A DNA stretch of 64,000 nt from Pseudomonadota bacterium (GTDB taxonomy: Bacteria > Bdellovibrionota > FAC87 > UBA2466), in assembly GCA_043767805.1 (NCBI GenBank), contig JAYUGC010000066.1, forward strand, positions 5,597 to 69,596, in the 5' to 3' direction. Below the pieces are notes generated by a model that saw only the letters and a program-made list of their open reading frames with translations, did not search any database and had not been told where the DNA came from. This document shows, one piece after another, positions 26,118 through 34,890 of the stretch (the stretch's first letter is position 1; each line of letters starts with the position of its first letter). Both the position numbers and the translations under genes were made by a program.

Positions 26118-29100
26118 TCAGCCCGTGGACGGGAGTTTGCCGGAACGCGCGCCCGCGCCGCGCGCCACCTTCATCTCGATGCCCCGGAGCCAGAGAAAAC
26201 AGCGCCCGTTCTCGTCAAAGAGCGCAACCTCGCTCTTGACCGACGTGCCATCGGACTCGAACTGCTCGAGCCGCAGGCTCACCTTCTCGCTGGGCCGATG
26301 GGTGAAGTAGGTCAGCACGTGGGCGACCCGCACGGGCAGGCAATAATTCCCATTCCGCTCGATCTCGATGACGGCCGTCATCTGGAAGGCGGTATCGATC
26401 CACTGGATGAGCCGGCCCCAGAACGAAGCCGAGTAATCATTGGGAAAGAGATCGGCCAGGCCAAAGGTATTCAGCCGTGCGACCGCATCGCCCCGGCCAT
26501 CGATGAGAACATTCGACAAGGTTTGAAACGCGGGCCCGTGAAAGAGGCCTTGCGGCGCATAGATTTGCCGCTCTCCCACGGTCTGAGCGTTAGCAGCCTC
26601 GCGCCAAAGGGGCGGCAAGGCGGCCGTGCCTTCGGCTTCGCACGCGCGAAAGGACCCGTGATCGGAGGAAATCGTGATTTCGAGGACGCCCTGCCCTGCG
26701 CGCGCCTCCATCGAAAGATCGGCGCCCTTGTCGCCCACCACGATGGGACTTTGCGCGACGAAGTCCGCAAGCCCCACCCAGCGTTTGTGATGCAGGTAAA
26801 GCCCAGCCAAGGACATCGCAACCCCCGCCGCCGCCGGAAGGTAGGCGAGCCCTTCGATCCGGTGATCGGAGAGCATGGTATCGAACGCTGGATCAAGCCG
26901 CCGTACGTAGCGATAAACGCCACGCCCGGCGACCGAGGTCCCCAACAACTCCGGGAAGCCCGTCGCGAGCGATTGGCCATAGGCGAGCCAATCGGTGTCA
27001 TCGAAATAGAGCACCGGCCCTTCGCTTTGAAAAAGATCCTGGCGGAAAAGCTCCGCGGCTTTTTCCGGAGTGAGAAGCGAAAGCCCCTTCTGCACGAGCC
27101 CTTGGCGGATGGCGCGGTTCGCGGTCATACCCACGCCGTCCCAAGGCGGCCAGAGGAGAGAGGCCGCCGAGCCCGCGCCCCAAGCGGAGTTGAGCTCTCG
27201 GCAGAATCGATCGAGCACGGCGTTGGCCGCCGCATAGATGGTCTGACCCGGATTGCCGAACCAGGACACCACGGAAGAGAAAAAGAGAATCCGCTTTGGC
27301 GGATTGGCGGCCACCGCGCGCACCACGTGCGCCGCCGACAAAGCCTTCGCCCAAAGCTCCGAGCGGATTTCCTCGGCGGTCTTGGCTCCCAGCGCCCGGC
27401 TGACCTCGACGCCTGAAGCGTGGATCAGCAAGTCGATGCGCCCGTGTTTGTCCAAGATACGCTCGAGATAGGGCGCGACCTCTTCTTGCCTGGTCGCGTC
27501 CACGGTCTCGTAGCTCAACTCCGGATGTTTGGCCCGAAGGGTATCCAGGTGCGGCGTGATCTCGGTTTCCGACGATCGGCCGCAGAGATGCAGATGACCC
27601 ACGTGATCAAGACCGAGGAGCAAGCTTTGGGTGATGCCCTTCGCGCCGCCGATGGCCACTACCACGGCATTTGGAGGAAGACTCTGCAAGGCATCCGGAT
27701 CGGGCATGGCCTCGAGGCGAGCCACATAGCGAACGCCCTCGCGGTAGCGTACTTCCCATTCGAGGGGATCTCTCATCTCTTCGCGAATCCAACGTAACGC
27801 CTCGATCTTCGGATCGGCGTCGTCCAGACGGATGTGTTTGAAACGAATCTCGGGCGATTCCTTGCGTAAGGCTTTGAAGAAAGCGGCGATCGCTTCCGTA
27901 ATGACGCTGCCTTGGCCCATGGTCACGAACCCGATGGTCAGCTCGGCCAGCTTGGGCTCGATCCGCACAACTTCCTGCACGGCCTCGGCCGCTCTGGGAA
28001 GCCCGGTCTCAAGCCATTGATTGAGGGACCCATCCGCGGTGAGCGACAAATCGCTCACGAAGCCGGTCGCGACAAAGATCACTTGCCGCGTGCGGCAGGA
28101 AGCGAGCTGCTGACGAAACTCAGCCGCGAGCGCTTTTGGATCGAAATCGGTCAGGAAATCCGCTGGGGTCAGCGGGATCATGAGCGGGGTCGCTTCGACG
28201 GAAACTTCCCAGATGGGATCAAGCGCCTGAGGGAACCAAGCCACCCGTTTACGCTCGAAATGACCGACCTTTTCGGGCATCGCCTCGGCGCCCTTCGCGG
28301 CCGGCGCTTCGGTCTCCATGTAACCCACGAGATCTTCGACCTTCGTGAAGCGAGCGTAGTTGACCTCGCCCTCGGGCTTGAAGTTCAGGCGATCCATGAC
28401 CGAGAATAGGATTTCGGTCTTCTTGATGGAATCGATCCCCAAGTCTTCCTGGAAACGATCTTCGAGAGAGATTTCCTCGATCTGGTAGCCGGTAATCTTT
28501 CCGATGACGTCGTTGACGATGGAAAGTACGCGGCCCGCGGGCTTCTTTGCTTTGGCGGCGGCCGCTTTCTTGCGGGGGGTCTTACGGAGCAAGTCGCCCA
28601 CCCAAAGCGTTTCCTTCGCTCCGCATTCGCGCGCCAAAGCCGAGAGCAGCGAGGTGGGGCCAATCTCCATGAACTTGGTGGTGCCGCCCTCGGACATCAC
28701 GCCCATCTGCCGGATGAAATCGACGGGCTCGACCAGCTGATTTTCGAGAATGAAGAAGATGTCATCGGCTTTGAAGTTCGTGGCGTCGACTTGGCGGTGG
28801 AGCACGGAGGAAACGAAAGGAATCGCGGGAGGCGAGAAATTCCAGCTGCGGGACCGCAGGAACTTACGCATCACCGGCTTCAAGGAAAGCAGAAACGGGG
28901 AGTGATACGGCTGCGGCGTGAGAAGGCGCTTCGCCTTGACCCCTTTGTCCTTGATGAGCCGCTCGATCTCGTCCACTTCGCCCGGCGCCACGGCGATGAC
29001 CGTCTGGGTGGGGCTGTTGAAATTGGAAAGATGCACGTTGCGGCCGCGAAGGAGGACCGCCGTGCGCTCGCGGTCCGCGCCCACCGCCACTAGATAACCG

Positions 29101-29600
29101 CGCTCGTTGGCGGGCGGCGAAATCTGTTCTCGGTAGGTCACGAGAGCGAGCATTTCTTCGAATGGCACGACGCCCGCGGCGACCAGCATCGCGTACTCGC
29201 CGAAAGAATGGCTGGTCAGCACCTTCGGAAAGATCCCGCGGCACAAGAGCGAGTCGAAGAGCGCCACTTCGAGTACGAAGAGACTCAAATTCTGGATCGG
29301 TAAGAGGGAAGCCGGGTCCGCGCCTTCTTCGGCCAAAATATGAGAGGAGATCTTGGGAAGGCCGGCACTTACCACGAGCTTATCGGCCTTCTCGAAGACG
29401 CCGCGAATCTCGGGACGGTGGTACTGATCGCGGAGCATGCCCGGGTGCGCGGCGCCTTGGCCGGCAAAGAGAAATCCCCAGCTCGCCTGAGCCGTGGCGG
29501 GCTTCACTTGCAGCTGGTAGCCGCCGCCAAAGATAGACTCCGAGCGCACTTCGGCTTTCTGGTACCAGTTGAGGCCATGCAGGAAGGAAGTGCGGTTCAT
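26118..29600 (-). CDS. type I PKS / PfaA-like protein: acyltransferase - ACP - ketoreductase - PS-type dehydratase (no KS)
   Basis: True start is 'MNRTSF' at 29600, overlapping the KS gene stop (ATGA). AT domain: 'GQGAAHPGM', 'LTSHSFGEYAML' (GHSxG). ACP: 'LGIDSIKKTEIL'. KR: 'VVVAIGGAKGITQ' ... 'YAAANAVLD'. DH: 'HRIEGLAYLPAAAGVAM' (HxxxGxxxxP). The ORF-track N-terminal 28 aa are an extension. Confidence 0.85.
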   Translation of the reverse strand: MNRTSFLHGLNWYQKAEVRSESIFGGGYQLQVKPATAQASWGFLFAGQGAAHPGMLRDQYHRPEIRGVFEKADKLVVSAGLPKISSHILAEEGADPASLLPIQNLSLFVLEVALFDSLLCRGIFPKVLTSHSFGEYAMLVAAGVVPFEEMLALVTYREQISPPANERGYLVAVGADRERTAVLLRGRNVHLSNFNSPTQTVIAVAPGEVDEIERLIKDKGVKAKRLLTPQPYHSPFLLSLKPVMRKFLRSRSWNFSPPAIPFVSSVLHRQVDATNFKADDIFFILENQLVEPVDFIRQMGVMSEGGTTKFMEIGPTSLLSALARECGAKETLWVGDLLRKTPRKKAAAAKAKKPAGRVLSIVNDVIGKITGYQIEEISLEDRFQEDLGIDSIKKTEILFSVMDRLNFKPEGEVNYARFTKVEDLVGYMETEAPAAKGAEAMPEKVGHFERKRVAWFPQALDPIWEVSVEATPLMIPLTPADFLTDFDPKALAAEFRQQLASCRTRQVIFVATGFVSDLSLTADGSLNQWLETGLPRAAEAVQEVVRIEPKLAELTIGFVTMGQGSVITEAIAAFFKALRKESPEIRFKHIRLDDADPKIEALRWIREEMRDPLEWEVRYREGVRYVARLEAMPDPDALQSLPPNAVVVAIGGAKGITQSLLLGLDHVGHLHLCGRSSETEITPHLDTLRAKHPELSYETVDATRQEEVAPYLERILDKHGRIDLLIHASGVEVSRALGAKTAEEIRSELWAKALSAAHVVRAVAANPPKRILFFSSVVSWFGNPGQTIYAAANAVLDRFCRELNSAWGAGSAASLLWPPWDGVGMTANRAIRQGLVQKGLSLLTPEKAAELFRQDLFQSEGPVLYFDDTDWLAYGQSLATGFPELLGTSVAGRGVYRYVRRLDPAFDTMLSDHRIEGLAYLPAAAGVAMSLAGLYLHHKRWVGLADFVAQSPIVVGDKGADLSMEARAGQGVLEITISSDHGSFRACEAEGTAALPPLWREAANAQTVGERQIYAPQGLFHGPAFQTLSNVLIDGRGDAVARLNTFGLADLFPNDYSASFWGRLIQWIDTAFQMTAVIEIERNGNYCLPVRVAHVLTYFTHRPSEKVSLRLEQFESDGTSVKSEVALFDENGRCFLWLRGIEMKVARGAGARSGKLPSTG

Positions 29601-31648
29601 GGCTGAAAGTCGATTCCTTCCAGAGTGAACAGCGGTCCCTTGCCCACGTCCGGCACTTCTCCGGGCCGAGCGAGGAGCAGGCAATGGACTCCCGCCTTAC
29701 GAACGTCCGGCAAAGCTTCGTCGATGATGTCCTCGACTCCGATCGCCACTACGTAATCGCTCGTCTTCTGCCAGAGCTCGAGACGCGCGGCGCTCAGCGC
29801 GCAGGCAAACGAGTTCAAGTCGGCATCGACGTGGTAATTGGGGCCGTGAAAATCAAATTGATTGGCGACTCTACCGGCGATGACGTTGTCGAGCGTGCCC
29901 GGCCCGGCGTCCTCGCCGATTTTGGGATACCGTTCCCGGTGCGAGATGAGTCCTTTGAGGCCCGGCTCATCGCCTTTTCTGCCGCGCGCGAACTCCCAAT
30001 GACGAACCCGGCAATTGAGCCAGGCGTCCAGACCGAGCGAACAGGAGGAGATGACCGCCACGCGGTCGCGGGGAATCTGATCCCAATCGAGCCCCGAGCG
30101 ATCGAGCGCTTCGGACACCGCCATGAGGGTTAGTAGCTGGCTCACGTCGATCTGATTCAAGTTATTGGGCGGGATCTTAAAACCGTAGCTCGGAAAAAAA
30201 TCGAGGAAGTTCTCTCTCGGCACAAAGCTCTGCGCGAGCACCGAGACGGGCCCGACCTCGAGCTTCGGCCGCTCGGCAAGCGCGGTCGTCTGAGAAAACG
30301 TTTCCAAAAAGAGATGGTAGTTCGTCCCGCCAAAACCCGCGGAGCTTACGCCCGCTCTCAACGTACCTTCCTTCGCCATGAGAACCGGCTTCGGATTCAC
30401 GAAGACCGCGGTGGGGGCTCGTTCCTCGATGTAACTTTCGAAGTACGGGGATGGGGGTGCCGTGCGATGGGTAAGCGCAAGAATGCATTTGAGCATTCCC
30501 GCGGCGCCGGCCGCTCCCTTGGTGTGCCCGATTAAGGACTTCACGGAACCGATGGGAATCGGCGTGGGCGCGCCCTTGAAAAAAGCATCGAGGGTGTCGA
30601 TCTCGGTTGCGTCGCCGAGACGCGTGCCGGTCGCGTGGCATTCCAGAAAGTCGAGACGCGCGGGCTTGTTGTCGCCGTACGCTCGCTCCAAAGCGAGGCG
30701 CTGTCCATCGGAAGTTGGGGAAAAGAGACTGGCGCCGCGTCCATTCGAGGAACCGCCACAGCCCCGCAGGATCGCCTTTACCGGAAGCCCCGCCTTCATA
30801 GCGTCGTCTAAACGCACGAGAGCGAAGACCGCGGCGCCTTCTCCTTGATTCACGCCGTCCGTTTTATCGTCGAGCGGAAGGCAGCGGCCGTGGGACATGA
30901 GCCCCAGGCGGCTGAACAAAACGAAGTACTCGGGCGCAAGCTGTGTCTCGACACCGCCCGTGAGAGCGATGTCGCATTCCCGCGCGCGCAGTTTCTTCAT
31001 GGCGACGTCTGCCGCGGCAAGAGACGAGGCGCAAGCGGCCCCCACCAGACACCGTTCGCCGGGCATTTTGAAATGCCTTTGCAGGCGGTCGACCGCCGCC
31101 GTGTTGACGACGAGAGGAAGCGGCGTGGAGCGCTCCGCTTCTAGACGCCTAAGGGTGCTATCCAGGATGGCTCTCGCGGGAGCGCGCTCGGCGGCGGGTA
31201 ATGTCTCGATGTGCTCGAGAAGGCGCGGTCGTTCTAGGATGAGCTTGTGCTCGGAGACCTGATCGTCGGGGCCAAGGGCCCCTAGAAACCAGCCGGCTTT
31301 CCATCCCGCGCGCTTTGCCTCGGGGACCGTGGCTAGCGCCTGATGAGTCGCTTCGAGCAAAAAGACCTGAAAGCGATTCGTGTCTTTGAAATCCAGCCCA
31401 TGCGCTAAAGCGAGCCGCCGCACTTCGGTTTCGGCGACATAGGCGCCGAAAGTGGAATAAGTTTTGTCGGGATCTTCGCCGGTCTCGTCCAAATAAAGAT
31501 CTTCGGGCCAGCGATCGGCCGGAGCGCGGCGGATGGAGGGCTCGCCCGCGAGCACTCGCTTCCAAAAAGTGTCGGGGTTCGGTGAGTCCGGAAAGACGCA
31601 CCCAATTCCCACGACAGCAATATCGTCCTTATAAAGTGTATCGGGCAT
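29597..31648 (-). CDS. type I PKS ketosynthase (KS + KS-AT linker), stand-alone polypeptide
   Basis: 'DIAVVGIGCVFPDSPN', active-site Cys 'VGAACASSLAA', His motifs 'ECHATGTRLGD' and 'SLIGHTKGAAG'. About 250 aa of linker follow the KS. The gene is translationally coupled to the downstream AT-ACP-KR-DH gene. Confidence 0.85.
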   Translation of the reverse strand: MPDTLYKDDIAVVGIGCVFPDSPNPDTFWKRVLAGEPSIRRAPADRWPEDLYLDETGEDPDKTYSTFGAYVAETEVRRLALAHGLDFKDTNRFQVFLLEATHQALATVPEAKRAGWKAGWFLGALGPDDQVSEHKLILERPRLLEHIETLPAAERAPARAILDSTLRRLEAERSTPLPLVVNTAAVDRLQRHFKMPGERCLVGAACASSLAAADVAMKKLRARECDIALTGGVETQLAPEYFVLFSRLGLMSHGRCLPLDDKTDGVNQGEGAAVFALVRLDDAMKAGLPVKAILRGCGGSSNGRGASLFSPTSDGQRLALERAYGDNKPARLDFLECHATGTRLGDATEIDTLDAFFKGAPTPIPIGSVKSLIGHTKGAAGAAGMLKCILALTHRTAPPSPYFESYIEERAPTAVFVNPKPVLMAKEGTLRAGVSSAGFGGTNYHLFLETFSQTTALAERPKLEVGPVSVLAQSFVPRENFLDFFPSYGFKIPPNNLNQIDVSQLLTLMAVSEALDRSGLDWDQIPRDRVAVISSCSLGLDAWLNCRVRHWEFARGRKGDEPGLKGLISHRERYPKIGEDAGPGTLDNVIAGRVANQFDFHGPNYHVDADLNSFACALSAARLELWQKTSDYVVAIGVEDIIDEALPDVRKAGVHCLLLARPGEVPDVGKGPLFTLEGIDFQP

Positions 31649-31700
31649 TTACGAGCTGGGAGAGCGTAGAGGAAGGCTCTTAAAAGGTACGGCGTACCTA

Positions 31701-32522
31701 TTAAGATGATTTCTCTATTTTAACGCCTAGCCGCTCGAAGGCATAGCCCGGCGATCCCATGAAGTGATAGCCGCCATCGACGTGGAGCACTTCGCCTGTG
31801 GTAGACGCGGAAAGGTCGGAGAGGAGAAAACCCATGGCGCGCGCCACGTCATCGCCGGTGATATTACGGCCTTGCGGGGACATGGCCTTGAATTTCTCGA
31901 GCACGTCGCCGAAGACACCGAAGCTTTGGGTTTTAACCGGGCCCGCGCTCACCGCGTTGACCCGAATGCGCTTGGGCGCCAAATCGTAAGCGAGATAGCG
32001 GAGCGCCATGTCGAGAGCCGCCTTACACACCCCCATGAGGTTGTAGCCACTCACTACGCGCTCCCCGCCGAAGTAGGTGAGCGTGCCGATGGCGCCACCC
32101 GAGGGCATGAGAGCCGCCGCCTCCCGCGCACAGGCGATGAGGCTATAGCAGCTGACGTCCATGGCGACGCGAAAGCCTTCCCGGCTCGCCTCCAAAGTCG
32201 TGTGCTTCAAATCTTCGACGGGCGCGAAGGCGATGGAGTGCACCAGAAAATCGATGGCCCCCATTTCCCCGCCCGCCTCATTGAAGAAATGTTTGAGCGA
32301 TGCGTCGTCAGCGACGTCGCAAGGGAGAACGAACAGCGGACTCAAAGCGTCCGTCGCCGTTTTTACTTTCTGCAGGTTCCAATCGCGGCCGGGCTTATCC
32401 GTCTGGTACGAGAGCCCTATCTCCGCTCCTTCCTTTTTCAGGAAAGTTGCGATGGCCGTCGCAAGAGACGCCTCATTCGCAATGCCCATGACGATGCCGC
32501 GTTTACCGGTGAAAAGTCCCAT
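31701..32522 (-). CDS. fabI: enoyl-[ACP] reductase, FabI-like SDR
   Basis: Start 'MGLFTGKRGIVMGIANEASLATAIA' is a FabI-type NAD-binding N-terminus. 'Y..MGVCKAAL' is the Tyr/Lys catalytic pair. 273 aa. The ORF-track N-terminal extension (to 33044) is rejected. Confidence 0.75.
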   Translation of the reverse strand: MGLFTGKRGIVMGIANEASLATAIATFLKKEGAEIGLSYQTDKPGRDWNLQKVKTATDALSPLFVLPCDVADDASLKHFFNEAGGEMGAIDFLVHSIAFAPVEDLKHTTLEASREGFRVAMDVSCYSLIACAREAAALMPSGGAIGTLTYFGGERVVSGYNLMGVCKAALDMALRYLAYDLAPKRIRVNAVSAGPVKTQSFGVFGDVLEKFKAMSPQGRNITGDDVARAMGFLLSDLSASTTGEVLHVDGGYHFMGSPGYAFERLGVKIEKSS

Positions 32523-32675
32523 GGGGAAATTGTACCAGTCGGCCCCTTTTGGGGTGCAAAGTGCCCAAACGCGGCACCCCTCCGAGGGGAGAAGCACCTC
32601 CCCTCGAAGGAGGAAACCGGAACACCTCTTGCACAAGAGAACCTCAGGGCTGCATTGGCCCTGGAGGCGGTAGGC

Positions 32676-32978
32676 ATGGACCCACACTGGCTTAAATACA
32701 AGAACGACGACGAGATCGGACCCTTGCTCGCCAGCTACTCGCACACCGACGAGCAGCTCGACTTTCTCAAAAACGATCTCCGCGACAACGGCAATATCGA
32801 GGGCATCCTCGCCGTCTCTCGCCGCCAAGTGGCCATAAAGTACAAAATCTCGAAGCTGGTGGGGGCCGAGGAAGACCGCCACTTCCAAAGGCGCATGAGC
32901 CTTTTGTGGATGCTCGGGGTTTTCGCGCTCGTTCTGGTCGGCGCGGCGAATCTTGCGCTGCGTCTCGGAATCTTTTAA
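32676..32978 (+). CDS. small tail-anchored membrane protein (100 aa), not called separately in ORF track
   Basis: ATG at 32676 has GGAGG 8 nt upstream. Strong GC3 coding bias. C-terminal TM helix 'LLWMLGVFALVLVGAANLALRL'. The sequence is 'MDPHWLKYKNDDEIGPLLASYSHTDEQLDFLKNDL...'. It sits 57 nt upstream of the SPFH gene on the same strand. Confidence 0.45.
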   Translation: MDPHWLKYKNDDEIGPLLASYSHTDEQLDFLKNDLRDNGNIEGILAVSRRQVAIKYKISKLVGAEEDRHFQRRMSLLWMLGVFALVLVGAANLALRLGIF

Positions 32979-33034
32979 CCAGTTTTCCCTTAAACAATAG
33001 GCAGGTAGCGACCGATAGAGCATTCGGTAGCAAA

Positions 33035-34000
33035 ATGCCCGCACCCAAACAACAAAACGGACTTTTCCAAGGCATCTACGAGTTCCAAGATCCGTCGGGC
33101 ACTTTGCTCGCGGCTCGTATCCCGGCCTCCGGCTCCGTGGATCTCTACGACGGCACGACTCTCGTAGTGCGGCCCAATCAGTGCGCGATGTTCGTGCACA
33201 AAGGCCAAGTCGCCGACATTCTCACCCAAGGCACGCATACGCTTCGCACCGAGAACGTTCCGGTGCTCACCCGACTCGCGAACTGGCGCAAAGGGTTTCA
33301 GAGCCCGGTGCGCGCGGAAATCTGGTTCTTCTCTGGAATGGTTTTCACGGCTCGCCGCTGGGGAACCGCTCAACCGGTACTCACCAATCTCGACGCCGCC
33401 CCGATGCCTCTGCGCGGGTACGGCAACTACAATATTTTCATCCGCGATCCCCGCAAGCTTTTCAAAAAGCTCGTCGGCACGCGCAGCTTTCTGGACATCA
33501 CCGAGATCGAGGAGTTCGTCCAGAGCGAGATCCTCGCGGCTCTTCCCACTGCTCTCGAAGTCTTGAAATCGGTTTCCGATCTGGGCGCCTCGCACCGTCA
33601 GGTGGCAGCCAGGTTAGAAAACGATCTCGTGGCCCGGCTCGCCGAGTACGGCTTGTCGGTGACCAATCTCCAAGTGCTTGCTCTCATCCCGCCTCAGGAA
33701 GTGCTCGAGGCGCTGGACGCGAAGCTCGCCATGAAAGTGATCGGCAATCCGAAAGAGTACCTGCTTTACAAGGCGGCCAACTCCCTCGATGCCCTGCACG
33801 AGTCCGGCGGCAATGACTCGCTCCAGATGATGCTCGGGATGATGCTCGGCAAAGGACTCATCGGCGCCGATTATCACGAGAAAGAAAAATCTCTCGCGTC
33901 GGACAAGAGCGCGTCCCAGCAGCGCTGCGCTTCGTGCAACAACATCACCGATGCCGTGAACCGTTTTTGCCCTCATTGTGGCCGGGAGCTTGCTAAATGA
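33035..34000 (+). CDS. SPFH/band-7 domain protein with C-terminal zinc ribbon
   Basis: The SPFH-like core is followed by 'CASCNNITDAVNRFCPHCGREL' (CxxC...CxxC). Start is 'MPAPKQQNGLFQG'. Confidence 0.55.
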   Translation: MPAPKQQNGLFQGIYEFQDPSGTLLAARIPASGSVDLYDGTTLVVRPNQCAMFVHKGQVADILTQGTHTLRTENVPVLTRLANWRKGFQSPVRAEIWFFSGMVFTARRWGTAQPVLTNLDAAPMPLRGYGNYNIFIRDPRKLFKKLVGTRSFLDITEIEEFVQSEILAALPTALEVLKSVSDLGASHRQVAARLENDLVARLAEYGLSVTNLQVLALIPPQEVLEALDAKLAMKVIGNPKEYLLYKAANSLDALHESGGNDSLQMMLGMMLGKGLIGADYHEKEKSLASDKSASQQRCASCNNITDAVNRFCPHCGRELAK

Positions 34001-34692
34001 GTTTTTCGCTTCTGTGCACGGCGTGCGGAGCGCCGAGCGGTCCGGCCGTCGGAGTTTGTCCCTTCTGTAAAGCGGTTCAGTCTTCTCAAAAAGGGGAAGA
34101 GAATCCGACTCTCAAGCGCATCCGCCAGCTCTTCGAAGACGGTTATCTCGAGGACGCGCTCATCAACGCGGCCTCCGCGGAAAAAGAAAACGCGAAGCTC
34201 GCCTCCGATCTCGGTTTTCTTCTGACCTACGCGAAAATTCTCCTCGAGGCCGAAGGGCCGTCGAGCAAGATCCGATCGCTATTGACCAAAGCGAGTTTGC
34301 TGAAGCCCGACATGCCGGAAATCAGCGAGTATCTGGAGCTCATCGAGGCCAAAAGCCGGCTGAACCGCGAGCCAAATGATTTTGGCGAGCAGAATTTACG
34401 CCGCATCCTCGGGCACGCCCCGAAGAATGCTCATGTACTCTTTACTCTGGCGAGTCACCTCTTTTGGGTCGAGAGCAAGCCGGACGAAGCCGTGCCGCTC
34501 CTCCAAAAATGCGTCGACTATCGCCCCACTTTCTTACGCGCCTGGGCCTGTCTCGCCGCGATTCACGCGAAGCGCGGCGATGTGGCTCCTGCTCAGCAAG
34601 CGCTCCATAAGTGTCTCGCGCTGGAGAAAAATCCGGCGATGTATGCCTACTTCGAAAAGCTTCTAACCCAGACCATCGCCCGCGCCGCCTAA
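33997..34692 (+). CDS. zinc-ribbon + TPR-like helical repeat protein
   Basis: N-terminal 'CTACGAPSGPAVGVCPFCKAV' is a zinc ribbon, and the rest is helical-repeat-like. ATGA overlap with the SPFH gene indicates an operon. Confidence 0.5.
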   Translation: MSFSLLCTACGAPSGPAVGVCPFCKAVQSSQKGEENPTLKRIRQLFEDGYLEDALINAASAEKENAKLASDLGFLLTYAKILLEAEGPSSKIRSLLTKASLLKPDMPEISEYLELIEAKSRLNREPNDFGEQNLRRILGHAPKNAHVLFTLASHLFWVESKPDEAVPLLQKCVDYRPTFLRAWACLAAIHAKRGDVAPAQQALHKCLALEKNPAMYAYFEKLLTQTIARAA

Positions 34693-34710
34693 AGCCATTC
34701 GATCCGGGGC

Positions 34711-34848
34711 GGTTGCTGGTTGCTGGACCGAGGTAATCCATTAGTTCTCTCCCTTGCGGACTGCTCGTTAGCGGCAGTCCAATCTCAATAAGGAGTCCGT
34801 GAGGCTAAGATCAAAATAGTCTACCTCGGTCCAGCTTCCAGCAACCAG
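34711..34848. repeat. long imperfect inverted repeat / structured element in convergent intergenic region (possible bidirectional terminator, MITE-like element or sRNA)
   Basis: Left arm 'ggttgctggttgctggaccgaggta' (34711-34735) and right arm 'tacctcggtccagcttccagcaaccag' (34822-34848) share a perfect 14-bp core, 'gctggaccgaggta'/'tacctcggtccagc'. The ~86-nt spacer contains its own hairpin, 'ggactgc-tcgttagc-gcagtcc'. Confidence 0.35.
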
Positions 34849-34890
34849 TGACCGGGCCGGATCGGACGCGCGAAGCGCGGGTTCCCTGCC

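Noticed and set aside
26043-27416. 457-aa plus-strand ORF opposite the PKS AT/ACP region
   Set aside because: It is antisense to a PKS gene whose domains are strongly recognisable. The translation has no motifs and is Arg/Gly/Pro-rich.
31764-32675. N-terminal ~300 aa of the 404-aa plus-strand ORF
   Set aside because: It is antisense to fabI. Only the last 100 codons (32676-32978) have an RBS and look coding, and those are called as a separate small gene.
32523-33044. Upstream 174-aa extension of the FabI ORF
   Set aside because: The FabI fold begins at 'MGLFTGKRGIVMGIANEASLA'. The extension has no Rossmann or other motif and overlaps the divergent promoter and the small plus-strand gene.
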